Shown: piece after piece, positions 40,248 to 48,759 of the stretch
How positions within the stretch are numbered: position 1 is the first letter of the stretch
How the letters are laid out: each line of letters begins with the position of its first letter
Source of the DNA: an uncultured delta proteobacterium
Lineage (GTDB): Bacteria > Myxococcota_A > Polyangia > Palsa-1104
Direction of reading: 5' to 3'
Assembly: GCA_963785725.1 (NCBI GenBank)
Contig: CAWAWS010000026.1
Span: 192,001 to 256,000 of the forward strand
DNA length: 64,000 nucleotides
The notes under the pieces: generated by a model
The model's database searches: none
What the model saw: only the letters and a program-made list of their open reading frames with translations
Told to the model about the DNA's origin: nothing
Translations under genes and position numbers: made by a program

Positions 40248-41315
40248 TCAGTGAACCGCCAGCGGACGAACGTACTGCACGAGGCTCAAGAGCAGCTTGC
40301 CCGGCTCTTCGAACGGGATGAGATGCGCCGAATGCTCGAACCAGACGCCGCGCTTCGACGGCGCCTCCAGTCGCGCGAGCCAACGCTCGGTCGGCTCCGT
40401 GGGCGTCGTGTAGTCGTGGCGACCCATGAACATCACGACGGGAATGGCTAGCTTCGTGACGCTGCGCAGGTCGATCGCCAAGAGCTCGGGCAGGATGCGA
40501 CCGAGCGTCAAAAGGCTGCCTTTGTCGATGGCGTCGACGGCGGCGGCGTCGTAGTCGGGCGACAAGAGCGGCGCGTCGAAGTAGTAGCGCGAGGCGCTGC
40601 GATAGGCGCTGAGGCCGCCGTAATACTGCGCCCATTTGCGCGCCACGATGATGCGCTCGCGCGTCAGCGGCTGCTCGCCGGGATACGGCGCGATGGCGGC
40701 GAGCTCGGTCTGCGCCGTCCGATTGCCGAGCCGCTTGGCCTCGGACAGCGCGTAGTCGAAGCTGATGCGCTCGTTCTCGCGCGTGCTCAAGACCTGGCCG
40801 ATGCCGACGTAGGCGTAGAACAGCTCGGGATGCTGCAGCGCCGCCGTCAGCGCCACGACGGTGCCGAAGCTGTGGCCGACGAGAATGACCTTGCGCACGC
40901 CGTAGCGCCGGCCGAGGTCACGCGCGAGCTCGACGGTGTCCGCGGCGTAGCGCGCGATCGTCAGCGTCGGCGCGACCGCCTGCGGATCGGCCTCCAAGAA
41001 CGTCCGTCCGGCGCCGCGTTGGTCGTACTGCACGACGGTGAAGTACTCCTCGAGCGGACGCTGGAACATCCACATCGCGGCCGACATGGGCGACGCCGGG
41101 CCGCCGTGCACGAAGACGAGGAGCGGGTTCTTGCGGCTCTGCCCGCGCACGTAGACCCACTGCTCGACGCCGCCCAGCGCGACGCGATAGGTCTCCTGCA
41201 CGCCGTCGGGCGCGACGATGTGGTCGAGGTCGCCGATGATCTCGCGCGGCGTCGGATCTTTGGCGTGCGCCGCGAGCGGAACGAGCAGCAGCACCGACAG
41301 GACGAGCGATCGCAT
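40248..41315 (-). CDS. Exported alpha/beta hydrolase (proline iminopeptidase-like)
   Basis: VHGGP, YDQRGAG, GHSFG, GRHD..TP, FEHSAH. Confidence 0.88.
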   Translation of the reverse strand: MRSLVLSVLLLVPLAAHAKDPTPREIIGDLDHIVAPDGVQETYRVALGGVEQWVYVRGQSRKNPLLVFVHGGPASPMSAAMWMFQRPLEEYFTVVQYDQRGAGRTFLEADPQAVAPTLTIARYAADTVELARDLGRRYGVRKVILVGHSFGTVVALTAALQHPELFYAYVGIGQVLSTRENERISFDYALSEAKRLGNRTAQTELAAIAPYPGEQPLTRERIIVARKWAQYYGGLSAYRSASRYYFDAPLLSPDYDAAAVDAIDKGSLLTLGRILPELLAIDLRSVTKLAIPVVMFMGRHDYTTPTEPTERWLARLEAPSKRGVWFEHSAHLIPFEEPGKLLLSLVQYVRPLAVH

Positions 41316-41391
41316 GCAGGCATAACGTCTGGCGGCGCCGGAATGTTCAGCCGCGCCGGCGGCCACGCGTGGCGGCGTGACGCTCGGGAGG

Positions 41392-42222
41392 CTACTGCAG
41401 CGCGAACGGATAGTTGGCGCCGTAACGCGAATCCCAGGCGGTGCAGGTGCGGTCGCTGTTCTCGTTCTCGAACCACATCGTCAGCGTCTGGGCGCCGGCC
41501 GGCGCCGCGAACGTGATCGGCTGCTGCACGCGGCCCGACGACGACAGCGTGGTGAGCGACTGCGATTGCGCCGCCCCGCCATCGAAGCTGTAAAAGGCGA
41601 TGACGTCCCAGGCCATCGCGTCGTCCTCATGGCCGCGGCATCCGGAGAGGCGGCGGATGTCGTAGTCGACGAGGATGGGCCCGCCGGCTCGCAGCGTGTC
41701 GCCGACGCTGGGATCGAAGCTCGGCCACGGGAAGTGGACCGTCGGCGGTCCGGGCTCGATCGGGAAGTCGTAGTTGCGGCCGTAATTCGAGTCCCACGAC
41801 TGGCAGCCATATTCGTCCGACTCGTAGAACCACATGGTGAGCGTGGGCGCGGGCGGCACGTCGATGGTGATGTCGATGCCGACGCGAGTCGTCGGGCTCG
41901 TTTCGCTGGTGACCGATTGGCTGAAGGCGACGCCGCCGTCGACTTTCCAGTTGGCGATCACGTCCCAGGCGGGAAACTGCATATAGGTGGCGCGGCAGGT
42001 CGACAGGCGCGCCAGGTCGTAATGGACGATCGCCTGGCCGCCGGCGGTGAGGCTGCCCGACTGCTGAATCGTCCAGTCCGCGTTGAAGCTGAGCGTCGGC
42101 AGTGGCGCGTCAGCGGGCGTCGGCGCGGCGGTGCTGGCTTCGTGGAGGATGCCGGTGTCGAGCGGTTGCGAGCAGGCGGCGAGCGCCGCGCAGGCGAATA
42201 CGGTCGTGGCAGAGCGCTTCAT
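41392..42222 (-). CDS. Lipoprotein with two tandem DUF6209-like domains
   Basis: Lipobox LAA-C; duplicated L.AG....V.YD..RL..CR and LTMWF...C..WDS.YG.NY.F. Confidence 0.75.
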   Translation of the reverse strand: MKRSATTVFACAALAACSQPLDTGILHEASTAAPTPADAPLPTLSFNADWTIQQSGSLTAGGQAIVHYDLARLSTCRATYMQFPAWDVIANWKVDGGVAFSQSVTSETSPTTRVGIDITIDVPPAPTLTMWFYESDEYGCQSWDSNYGRNYDFPIEPGPPTVHFPWPSFDPSVGDTLRAGGPILVDYDIRRLSGCRGHEDDAMAWDVIAFYSFDGGAAQSQSLTTLSSSGRVQQPITFAAPAGAQTLTMWFENENSDRTCTAWDSRYGANYPFALQ

Positions 42223-42314
42223 CCGCGGCAGATGACTGCAGATGCGTAACTCTGTCAAGAGTTACCATCTCGCGGCGGCTGGGCTCGCCTCAGTGCGGCT
42301 GCGTTACCGGGCGC

Positions 42315-43601
42315 TTACGACTTCGTGTACACGCGCACGTAGTCGACGAGCATCGTCTGCGGGAACGACGTGCTGCCGTTCGGCGGGCCGGGCCAGTTGC
42401 CGCCCACGGCCACGTTCAACAGCACGTAGAACGGATGGTTGAAGACCCAAGGATTGCCGTTGGCGTCGGCCGGGCCGCGCGTCTCGAAGAGGTTGCCGTC
42501 GACGTACCAGCGGATTTGGCTCGTGTCCCACTCGACCGCGTAAATATGGAAGTCGTTGGCGAGGCTGCCGTTGTTCTGGTAGTAGCCCGTCGGACCGGCG
42601 GCGCCCGAGTAGCCGGGGCCGTGAATCGTGCCGTGGTTGAGCGAGAAGTCGATGACCGATTCCATGATGTCGATCTCGCCGCACGTCGGCCAGCCGACCG
42701 AGCCGATGTTCGAGCCGAGCATCCAGAACGCCGGCCAAATGCCCGCGCCCGACGGAATCTTGATGCGCGCTTCGATGCGGCCGTAGGTCTGCGTGAACTT
42801 GCCGTTGGTGTTGATGCGCCCCGAGGTGTAGTTGCTGCCGCCGTAGGACTCTTGCTTGGCGACGATCTGCAGGTTGCCGGCGCCGTCGACGAACACGTTG
42901 TCGGTGCGGCTCGTGTAGTACTCGAGCTCGTTGTTGCCCCAGCCGTTGTTGCCGGTCTCGAAGCTCCATTTGCTGCCGTCGATGGCGCCCTGGGCGCCGT
43001 TGAACTCGTCGCTCCAGGTCAGGGTCCAGCCGCTCGGCGGCGCGGTGCCGCCACCGCCGCCGCTGACCGTGCCGACGACGGCCGGGTTCCACAGCTGCGC
43101 GTTCGAGCCGTTGCAATCCCACAGCTGAACGACGGTGCCGTCGGCGGGATTGTCGCCGGCGACGTCGAGGCACTTGCCGCTGTTGGTGTTGACGAAGCTC
43201 GAGAAGCCGTTGATCGACCGCATGGTGAAGGTCTGCGCGCCCGAGCCGTTGCAATCCCAGAGCTGCACTTTGGTGCCGTTGGCGGTGCCCATGCCGTTGA
43301 CGTCGACACACTTGTTGGCGTTGGTGTTGACGAGGTTGTAGACGCCGTTGCCCACGCTCTGCAGGTCATACGACTGCGCGCCCGAGCCGTTGCACCACCA
43401 CTCTTGAATCTGCGTGCCGTCGGCGGTGCCGGACCCCGAAGCGTCCATGCACGCGCCCGGGTGGGCGAGCGTGCCGAAGTTGTAGATCGGATCCCCGACG
43501 GTCAACGTATTCGCTTCGCTGCCGCCCGGTCCTTGAACCTGACCCGCGCAGCCGGTGAAAACGGCGGAAAGAAACAGCACTGCTTGCGTCGATAGCTTCA
43601 T
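42315..43601 (-). CDS. Ricin B lectin plus GH16 beta-1,3-glucanase (laminarinase-type) lipoprotein
   Basis: Lipobox FTG-C; ricin repeats; WSDEF, GIWPAFWM, catalytic EIDIME, VDYVRVY; GGAGGAG RBS. Confidence 0.92.
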   Translation of the reverse strand: MKLSTQAVLFLSAVFTGCAGQVQGPGGSEANTLTVGDPIYNFGTLAHPGACMDASGSGTADGTQIQEWWCNGSGAQSYDLQSVGNGVYNLVNTNANKCVDVNGMGTANGTKVQLWDCNGSGAQTFTMRSINGFSSFVNTNSGKCLDVAGDNPADGTVVQLWDCNGSNAQLWNPAVVGTVSGGGGGTAPPSGWTLTWSDEFNGAQGAIDGSKWSFETGNNGWGNNELEYYTSRTDNVFVDGAGNLQIVAKQESYGGSNYTSGRINTNGKFTQTYGRIEARIKIPSGAGIWPAFWMLGSNIGSVGWPTCGEIDIMESVIDFSLNHGTIHGPGYSGAAGPTGYYQNNGSLANDFHIYAVEWDTSQIRWYVDGNLFETRGPADANGNPWVFNHPFYVLLNVAVGGNWPGPPNGSTSFPQTMLVDYVRVYTKS

Positions 43602-43677
43602 GACTCCTCCTCGGAGGGACCTCGGACTTCGTCGGGACGTGCGCCCCGCGAAATCGTGCGAGCTCCAACTCCCGCGA

Positions 43678-43700
43678 TTGGATTGCAAAGGGCAATCCAA
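43678..43700 (-). promoter_or_regulatory. Palindromic sigma54-like (-24/-12) element upstream of the GH16 gene
   Basis: The minus strand reads TTGGATTGCCCTTTGCAATCCAA: GG-N10-GC with TTGCA, inside a perfect 9-bp inverted repeat. Confidence 0.5.
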
Positions 43701-43902
43701 CGGCACGCGCCGGCTAAGCCACCGAACGCAATAGGGCCTGCGCGCGATTTGTGCGGAGTCGAGGCTCCAACTTGTCACGCCTGCGAGACGATTTGCGGTC
43801 GCGATCGGCGGTCGCTCCGCGCCACGATTCGCGGCCGATTTCGCGCGCACCGTTGGTGTCGCGGACGCGCGAATGCGGGGACGCGAGACGGCGCGGTCGG
43901 GA

Positions 43903-44388
43903 CTATTCGCTCGGCTTGCGCAGCCAGCCGCCGATGCTGGCGAGCGTGCCGGGCCCGCCGTCTTTGCCGACGCTGCGCGCGAGGTCGGCGATCGTCACGG
44001 CGGCGAGCGCGGCGCGCCACGCCTTGTCGGCCGAGTTCATGACGCGCGCGATGGCGCACGGTCGCGTGCAGGCCTCGGGCGGTGCCGCCAGCGGTCCGCG
44101 CTGACGAATCTCGGTGCACACGAACGCGGGACGGTCGCCGTCGAGCGCCTCGACCACGTCGAGGACCGTCATCGCAGCGGCGTCACGGCTGAGGACATAG
44201 CCGCCCGAGTGCCTGCCTTGCACGGAATGGACGAGCCCGGAGCGCGCCAGCTGCTGCAGATGCTTGGCGAGATAGCTTCCCGAGATGCCGTGCAGCTCGG
44301 CCAGCCGCGCGGCCGGCACCGGGTCGTCGGAGGTCGTGAGCACCACACAGCAATGCAGCGCCCACTCCACGCCTTCGGACAGTTTCAC
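43903..44388 (-). CDS. Rrf2 family regulator, RsrR-like [2Fe-2S]
   Basis: MKLSEGVEWALHCCVVL, SYLAK, GGY.L, AFVCTEIRQRGP, C.IARVM. Confidence 0.9.
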   Translation of the reverse strand: MKLSEGVEWALHCCVVLTTSDDPVPAARLAELHGISGSYLAKHLQQLARSGLVHSVQGRHSGGYVLSRDAAAMTVLDVVEALDGDRPAFVCTEIRQRGPLAAPPEACTRPCAIARVMNSADKAWRAALAAVTIADLARSVGKDGGPGTLASIGGWLRKPSE

Positions 44389-44477
44389 GGCTCGAATCTA
44401 CTTGATCTGGACGTTGGACAGCGCACCCGTCGCGCAGGACGAGCGACCCGTCGTCTCCTTTTGCAGCGAAGCGCCGG

Positions 44478-45224
44478 TTATCGCGCCGTCGCGAGCCAGT
44501 CTCGATAGCGCATGGGCGCCAGCTGCGCGCCGGGGCTCGCCGTGAGCACGTCGCCGGTGATGACCGCGAACATGCCGGCCTTGTCGTCGGTGATGATCAT
44601 CCGCGGGTCGTGGCGCGCGGCCAACGTCAGCCGGCCGAGCTCGTCGAGCGCGAAGACGTCGGGGCCGGCGACGTTGCGGATGCCCTGCAGCGGCGCTGCG
44701 GTCGCGACGTCGACGACCGCGTCGACCACGTCCACCGCGGCGATCGGCTGCAGCCGCGTGGCCGGCAAGCGAACGGACGTGTCGTCGGCGTTCCAGGACA
44801 AGACGGCGCTCATGAACTCGAAGAACTGCGTGGCGCGCACGATCGAATAGGGCGTCGGGCCGTCCCGCAGCAGCTCCTCCTGCAAAGTCTTGGCGCGGTA
44901 GTAGTCCAATTGCGGCACCCGATCGACGCCCACGATCGAGAGGATCACCTGGTGCCGCACCCCGGCCTCTTTCCCCGCCGCCAAGAGATTGTTCATCGAC
45001 GTGCGGAAGAAACCGAGCGACGCCTCGTCGAAGGTCGGCGAGTTCGCCAGATTCGCCACGACCTCGACGCCCTCGAGCGCCGCATCCAACCCCTTGCCCG
45101 AGATCAGGTCGACGCCGGTCGACAAGGACGCGGCGACGACCTCGTGTCCGGCCGCAGTCAGCTTCCGAGCCACTTGCGAGCCAATCAATCCGGTGCCGAT
45201 CACTGCAATCTTCATGGTCTTCAC
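44478..45224 (-). CDS. NmrA-like/atypical SDR NAD(P)-binding protein
   Basis: IAVIGTGLIG, LSIVG.D, YYRAK..QE, RATQF.EF, QPIAA.DV. Confidence 0.88.
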   Translation of the reverse strand: MKTMKIAVIGTGLIGSQVARKLTAAGHEVVAASLSTGVDLISGKGLDAALEGVEVVANLANSPTFDEASLGFFRTSMNNLLAAGKEAGVRHQVILSIVGVDRVPQLDYYRAKTLQEELLRDGPTPYSIVRATQFFEFMSAVLSWNADDTSVRLPATRLQPIAAVDVVDAVVDVATAAPLQGIRNVAGPDVFALDELGRLTLAARHDPRMIITDDKAGMFAVITGDVLTASPGAQLAPMRYRDWLATAR

Positions 45225-45272
45225 CTCTCTACGGCCGCGATTGGGGCCGTTTCGTCGTCGCCTGTTTAACGT

Positions 45273-45287
45273 GGATATTCAATATCC
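45273..45287. promoter_or_regulatory. Candidate RsrR-type operator
   Basis: GGATA-ttcaa-TATCC palindrome in the AT-rich leader of the nmrA-rrf2 pair. Confidence 0.62.
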
Positions 45288-45372
45288 GTGATTATATTCA
45301 TCGTCAACCCCGAATCTTTGACGTACGCCATTCGTGCTGGTGCGCGCGCCGAGGCCGGCGAGCCGGGGTCGT

Positions 45373-45390
45373 CGTTGCGTAAACGCAACG
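45373..45390. promoter_or_regulatory. Candidate LysR box 1 (upstream of yceI)
   Basis: CGTTGCG-taaa-CGCAACG; the same arms recur at 46045-46062. Confidence 0.65.
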
Positions 45391-45446
45391 CTGTGACGCG
45401 CATTCACCGGCTAGTGCGAGCCGTGCGAAGGCGGCATCTTGGCTCT

Positions 45447-46010
45447 ATGAAAACGAAGCGCAACGAGACGCCGAATACGCTGTGGACCCTCGATCCGCTC
45501 GACTCCACCGTCGGATTCGGGATTCGACACTTCCGGGTGGCGACGGTGCGCGGCGTGTTCCGCGAGGTGTCGGGAACCGTCCGCTACGATCCGGCGCGCC
45601 CCGAAGCGACCGAGATTCACGTCGACATTCCGACGGCGTCCATCGACACCCGCGTGCCGGCGCGCGACGAGCACCTGCGCGCCGCCGACATCTTCGACGC
45701 CGCGAGGTATCCGACGATCGCGTTCCGCTCGACCGGCGCGCGCGTCGACGCCGCCGGCGCGCTCGCGGTCATCGGCGACCTGACGATCCGCACGACGACG
45801 CGCGAGGTCGTGCTCGCCGTGTCCGACATCGCCGAGCGCCAGCGCGACCACCGCGGCCAGGTTCGCATCGGCGCCAGCGCCACGACGACGATCAAGCGCT
45901 CCGACTTCGGCGTCACCTACAACTTCGTCCTCGAAGCCGGCGGCTTGGCGATCGGAGACGACGTGTCGATCACGCTCGACGTCTCGCTCGTCGAAGGCGG
46001 CGTGCGCTGA
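45447..46010 (+). CDS. YceI family protein
   Basis: WTLDP..STVGF.IRH, SIDT...RDEHLR.AD.FD...YP.I.F.S, GDLTIR, IKRSDFG. Confidence 0.92.
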   Translation: MKTKRNETPNTLWTLDPLDSTVGFGIRHFRVATVRGVFREVSGTVRYDPARPEATEIHVDIPTASIDTRVPARDEHLRAADIFDAARYPTIAFRSTGARVDAAGALAVIGDLTIRTTTREVVLAVSDIAERQRDHRGQVRIGASATTTIKRSDFGVTYNFVLEAGGLAIGDDVSITLDVSLVEGGVR

Positions 46011-46044
46011 ACGCCCCGGCCCTGACGGTGACGCGACCGAGCGC

Positions 46045-46062
46045 CGTTGCGTTCGCGCAACG
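46045..46062. promoter_or_regulatory. Candidate LysR box 2 (upstream of lysR)
   Basis: CGTTGCG-ttcg-CGCAACG. Confidence 0.62.
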
Positions 46063-46086
46063 AGGCGTGCTCTACATGATCGCAGC

Positions 46087-47034
46087 GTGGCCGAGCTCAA
46101 CTTGGACGACCTGGGCGTCTTCGTGCGTGTCGTCGATCGCGGCGGGTTCGCCCGCGCCGCGCGCGAGCTGGGGACGCCGACCTCGACCGTGAGCCGCGCC
46201 ATCGAGCGGCTCGAGGCGAGCTCCGGCGTTCGCCTGCTGCACCGCACCACGCGCGACATGCGACCGACGAGCGAAGGGCGCGACCTCTACGCGACGGCCG
46301 CGCCCGCCGTCGCCGCGCTGCGCGCCGCCGCCCTCGCCATCGAGCCGACCACGCGCAAGCCCAAGGGCCGCCTGCGTCTGAGCGCGCCCACCGAGCTGTG
46401 CACCGGCTTTTTGGCCGACGTGATCGTCGCGTTCATGGAGCGCCATCCGTTGGTACAGCTCGACTTCGTCTTGACCAATCGCCACCAAAACCTGGTCGAA
46501 GGCGGCTTCGACTTGGCCCTCCGCGTCGCCACCCGGCTCGACGACTCGTCGTTGGTGGCGCGAAAGCTGGGCGAGCTCGAGCTCGGCCTCTACGCGTCGC
46601 CGACATATCTCGCGCGCCACGGCAGCCCGGCGTCGGTCGCCGAGCTCGCGCGCCACGCCTGCGTGCTCTTTCGCGCCGCGGCGCTGGCGCGCACCTGGGC
46701 CTTGCGCGGCCCCGCCGAAGACGCCGGCGTCGCCGTCGACGTGCGCGGCCAGCTCGGCGGCGACGACATCTCGTTCGTCCGCGCGCTCGTCGGCGCCGGC
46801 GCCGGCATTGGGCTCTTGCCGCGCATCAACTGCGGCACGGACGAGGCCAGCGGTCGTCTCGTCCGCGTCCTGCCCGAGCTGCGCGCCCGCGGCGCCACGC
46901 TGTTCGTGGTCTATCCGTCGAAGAAGAACGTGCCCGCGCGCGTGACGGCGTTCTGCGACTTCGTGGCCGAGGCCTTCGCCGCCTCAGTGCGCGCCGCCGA
47001 GCCGTCCGGCGGTCGCACGCGCGGCCCACGTTAA
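46087..47034 (+). CDS. LysR family transcriptional regulator (CrgA-like)
   Basis: FVRVVDRGGFARAARELG...STVSR.I.RLE..GVRLLHRTTR, FDLALR, YASP.YL. Confidence 0.94.
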   Translation: MAELNLDDLGVFVRVVDRGGFARAARELGTPTSTVSRAIERLEASSGVRLLHRTTRDMRPTSEGRDLYATAAPAVAALRAAALAIEPTTRKPKGRLRLSAPTELCTGFLADVIVAFMERHPLVQLDFVLTNRHQNLVEGGFDLALRVATRLDDSSLVARKLGELELGLYASPTYLARHGSPASVAELARHACVLFRAAALARTWALRGPAEDAGVAVDVRGQLGGDDISFVRALVGAGAGIGLLPRINCGTDEASGRLVRVLPELRARGATLFVVYPSKKNVPARVTAFCDFVAEAFAASVRAAEPSGGRTRGPR

Positions 47035-47117
47035 GGCTACCCGCGCGCAGGTTCGCGGGAACGCACGTCGTCGAATGACCGGCCGGCGACGGAGAGCAGA
47101 CTAAACATCGACGCTTA

Positions 47118-47141
47118 TAGTTGACTGTCTGCTCATTCATT
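47118..47141. promoter_or_regulatory. Candidate TetR operator 1
   Basis: TAGTTGACTGTCTGCTCATTCATT matches the reverse complement of 47748-47771 at 20/24. Confidence 0.65.
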
Positions 47142-47155
47142 GTCATGTTGGGAAC

Positions 47156-47720
47156 GTGGCGAGGCCGAAGAGCGAGGACAAGCGGAACGCGCTCATGGCC
47201 GCGGCGACTCGGGTGATCGTCGCGCAAGGGCTGAGCGCGCCGACGGCGATGATCGCGCAGGAGGCCGGCGTCGCCAATGGCTCGCTCTTCACCTACTTCG
47301 AGACCAAAGCCGAGCTGTTCAACGCGCTCTATCTCGAGCTCAAAGCGGGGATGGCGTCGGCGGCCCTGACGGGACTGCCGACGGGCGCCGACTTGCGGCA
47401 GCAGCTCTTTTTTGTCTGGTCGAAGTGGATGGCGTGGGCGGTGGCCAATCCCGACCAGCGGCGCGCGCTGGCGCAGCTCGGCGTGTCCGACGAGATCACG
47501 CCGGCGACGCGCGCCGCCGGTCACAAGACCATGGCCGGCATCGCCGAGCTCATGCAGCGCAGTCGCGCCCACGGTCCGATGCGCGACGCGCCGATGGCGT
47601 TCGTGGCGCGATCATGAACTCGCTGGCGGAGACGACGATGGACTTCATGGTCCAAGAGCCGGCCCACGCGGACGAGCATGCAAGGTCGGTTTCGAAGCGT
47701 TGTGGCGCGTACTGACCTGA
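47156..47720 (+). pseudogene. TetR family regulator with two apparent 1-bp deletions (~47605, ~47679)
   Basis: HTH IAQEAGVANGSLFTYFETK; the C-terminus continues as AIMNSLAETTMDF and then CKVGFEALWRVLT in other frames. Confidence 0.82.
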
Positions 47721-47747
47721 TTTTAGTCTCTTTTTTTGGTCCTCAAT

Positions 47748-47771
47748 AATGACTGACTAGACAGACAACTA
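47748..47771. promoter_or_regulatory. Candidate TetR operator 2 (upstream of the SDR)
   Basis: AATGACTGACTAGACAGACAACTA, an inverted copy of 47118-47141. Confidence 0.65.
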
Positions 47772-47785
47772 AGCGGGAGAGCAGC

Positions 47786-48711
47786 ATGGCGAAGGCTATC
47801 GGGGAGAATGGCAAGGCGTACATCGTGACGGGGCCGACGTCGGGCATCGGTCGCCGGACGGCGCTCGAGCTGGCCAAGCTGGGAACGGTCATCCTGGTCG
47901 GGCGCGATCGCGGCAAGCTCGACGAGCTGCGCCGGATCATCGAGAAAAAGGGGCAAGCGGCGCGGTCGGTCGTGTGCGACCTGTCGGATCTGGCGAGCGT
48001 GCGGCGCGCGGCGGCGGAGATCATCGCGCTCGCGCTTCCCATCGCCGGCCTCGTCAACAACGCGGGCATCATGCAGCTGCGCGCCACCAAGAACGCGCTC
48101 GGCTGGGACATGACGTTCGCGACCAATCACCTCGGCCCGTTCGCGCTGACCGAAGCGCTCGTGCCGCACCTGGCCGACGGCACGAACGTCGTCTTCGTCG
48201 TCTCGGCCGTCGAGGATCCCGAGCGCAGACCGGCCATGGCCGCCGGCTTCCGCGGCGCGCGCTACATCTCCGCCGAGGCGAGCGCGCGCGGCGAGTGGAA
48301 GCCCGGCGGCTCCACCGGACCGGGCATGGACGCCTACGCCACGTCGAAGCAGTGCAACCTCTCACCGCGATGGCGTTCGCGCGCGAGACGCCACGGCTGC
48401 GCTTCAACGCGGTCGAGCCCGGCTTCAACCCGGCCACCAGCCTCGGGCGCGACGCCAACGTCGTGGTGCGCGTCTTGTCGAAGACCCTGGTGCCGCTGCT
48501 CGTGCCGCTCCTCATGCCCTTCTTGAAGTTCATGAGCACCTCGAAGCGAGCTGGGCGCGTCATCGCGCAGATCCTGACCGACCCATCGGGTCGGACCGGG
48601 GTTTATTACGACGAAGGCGGCCAGCCTATGCCCGGCTCCGCGCTCGCGCGCGATCCGCAGCTCCAAGATCGCGTCGTCGCCGAGACGCGCGCGCTGTTGG
48701 CGACGATTTAG
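47786..48711 (+). pseudogene. SDR family oxidoreductase with an apparent 1-bp deletion near 48361
   Basis: TGPTSGIG, CDLSDL.SV, NNAGIM, TNHLG.F, YATSK; continues TAMAFARE..NAVEPG in the next frame. Confidence 0.85.
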
Positions 48712-48759
48712 ACTTGAGCGCAGCCGCGCCGTGCAAAGCTTCTGCACGGAGGTTCCGCC

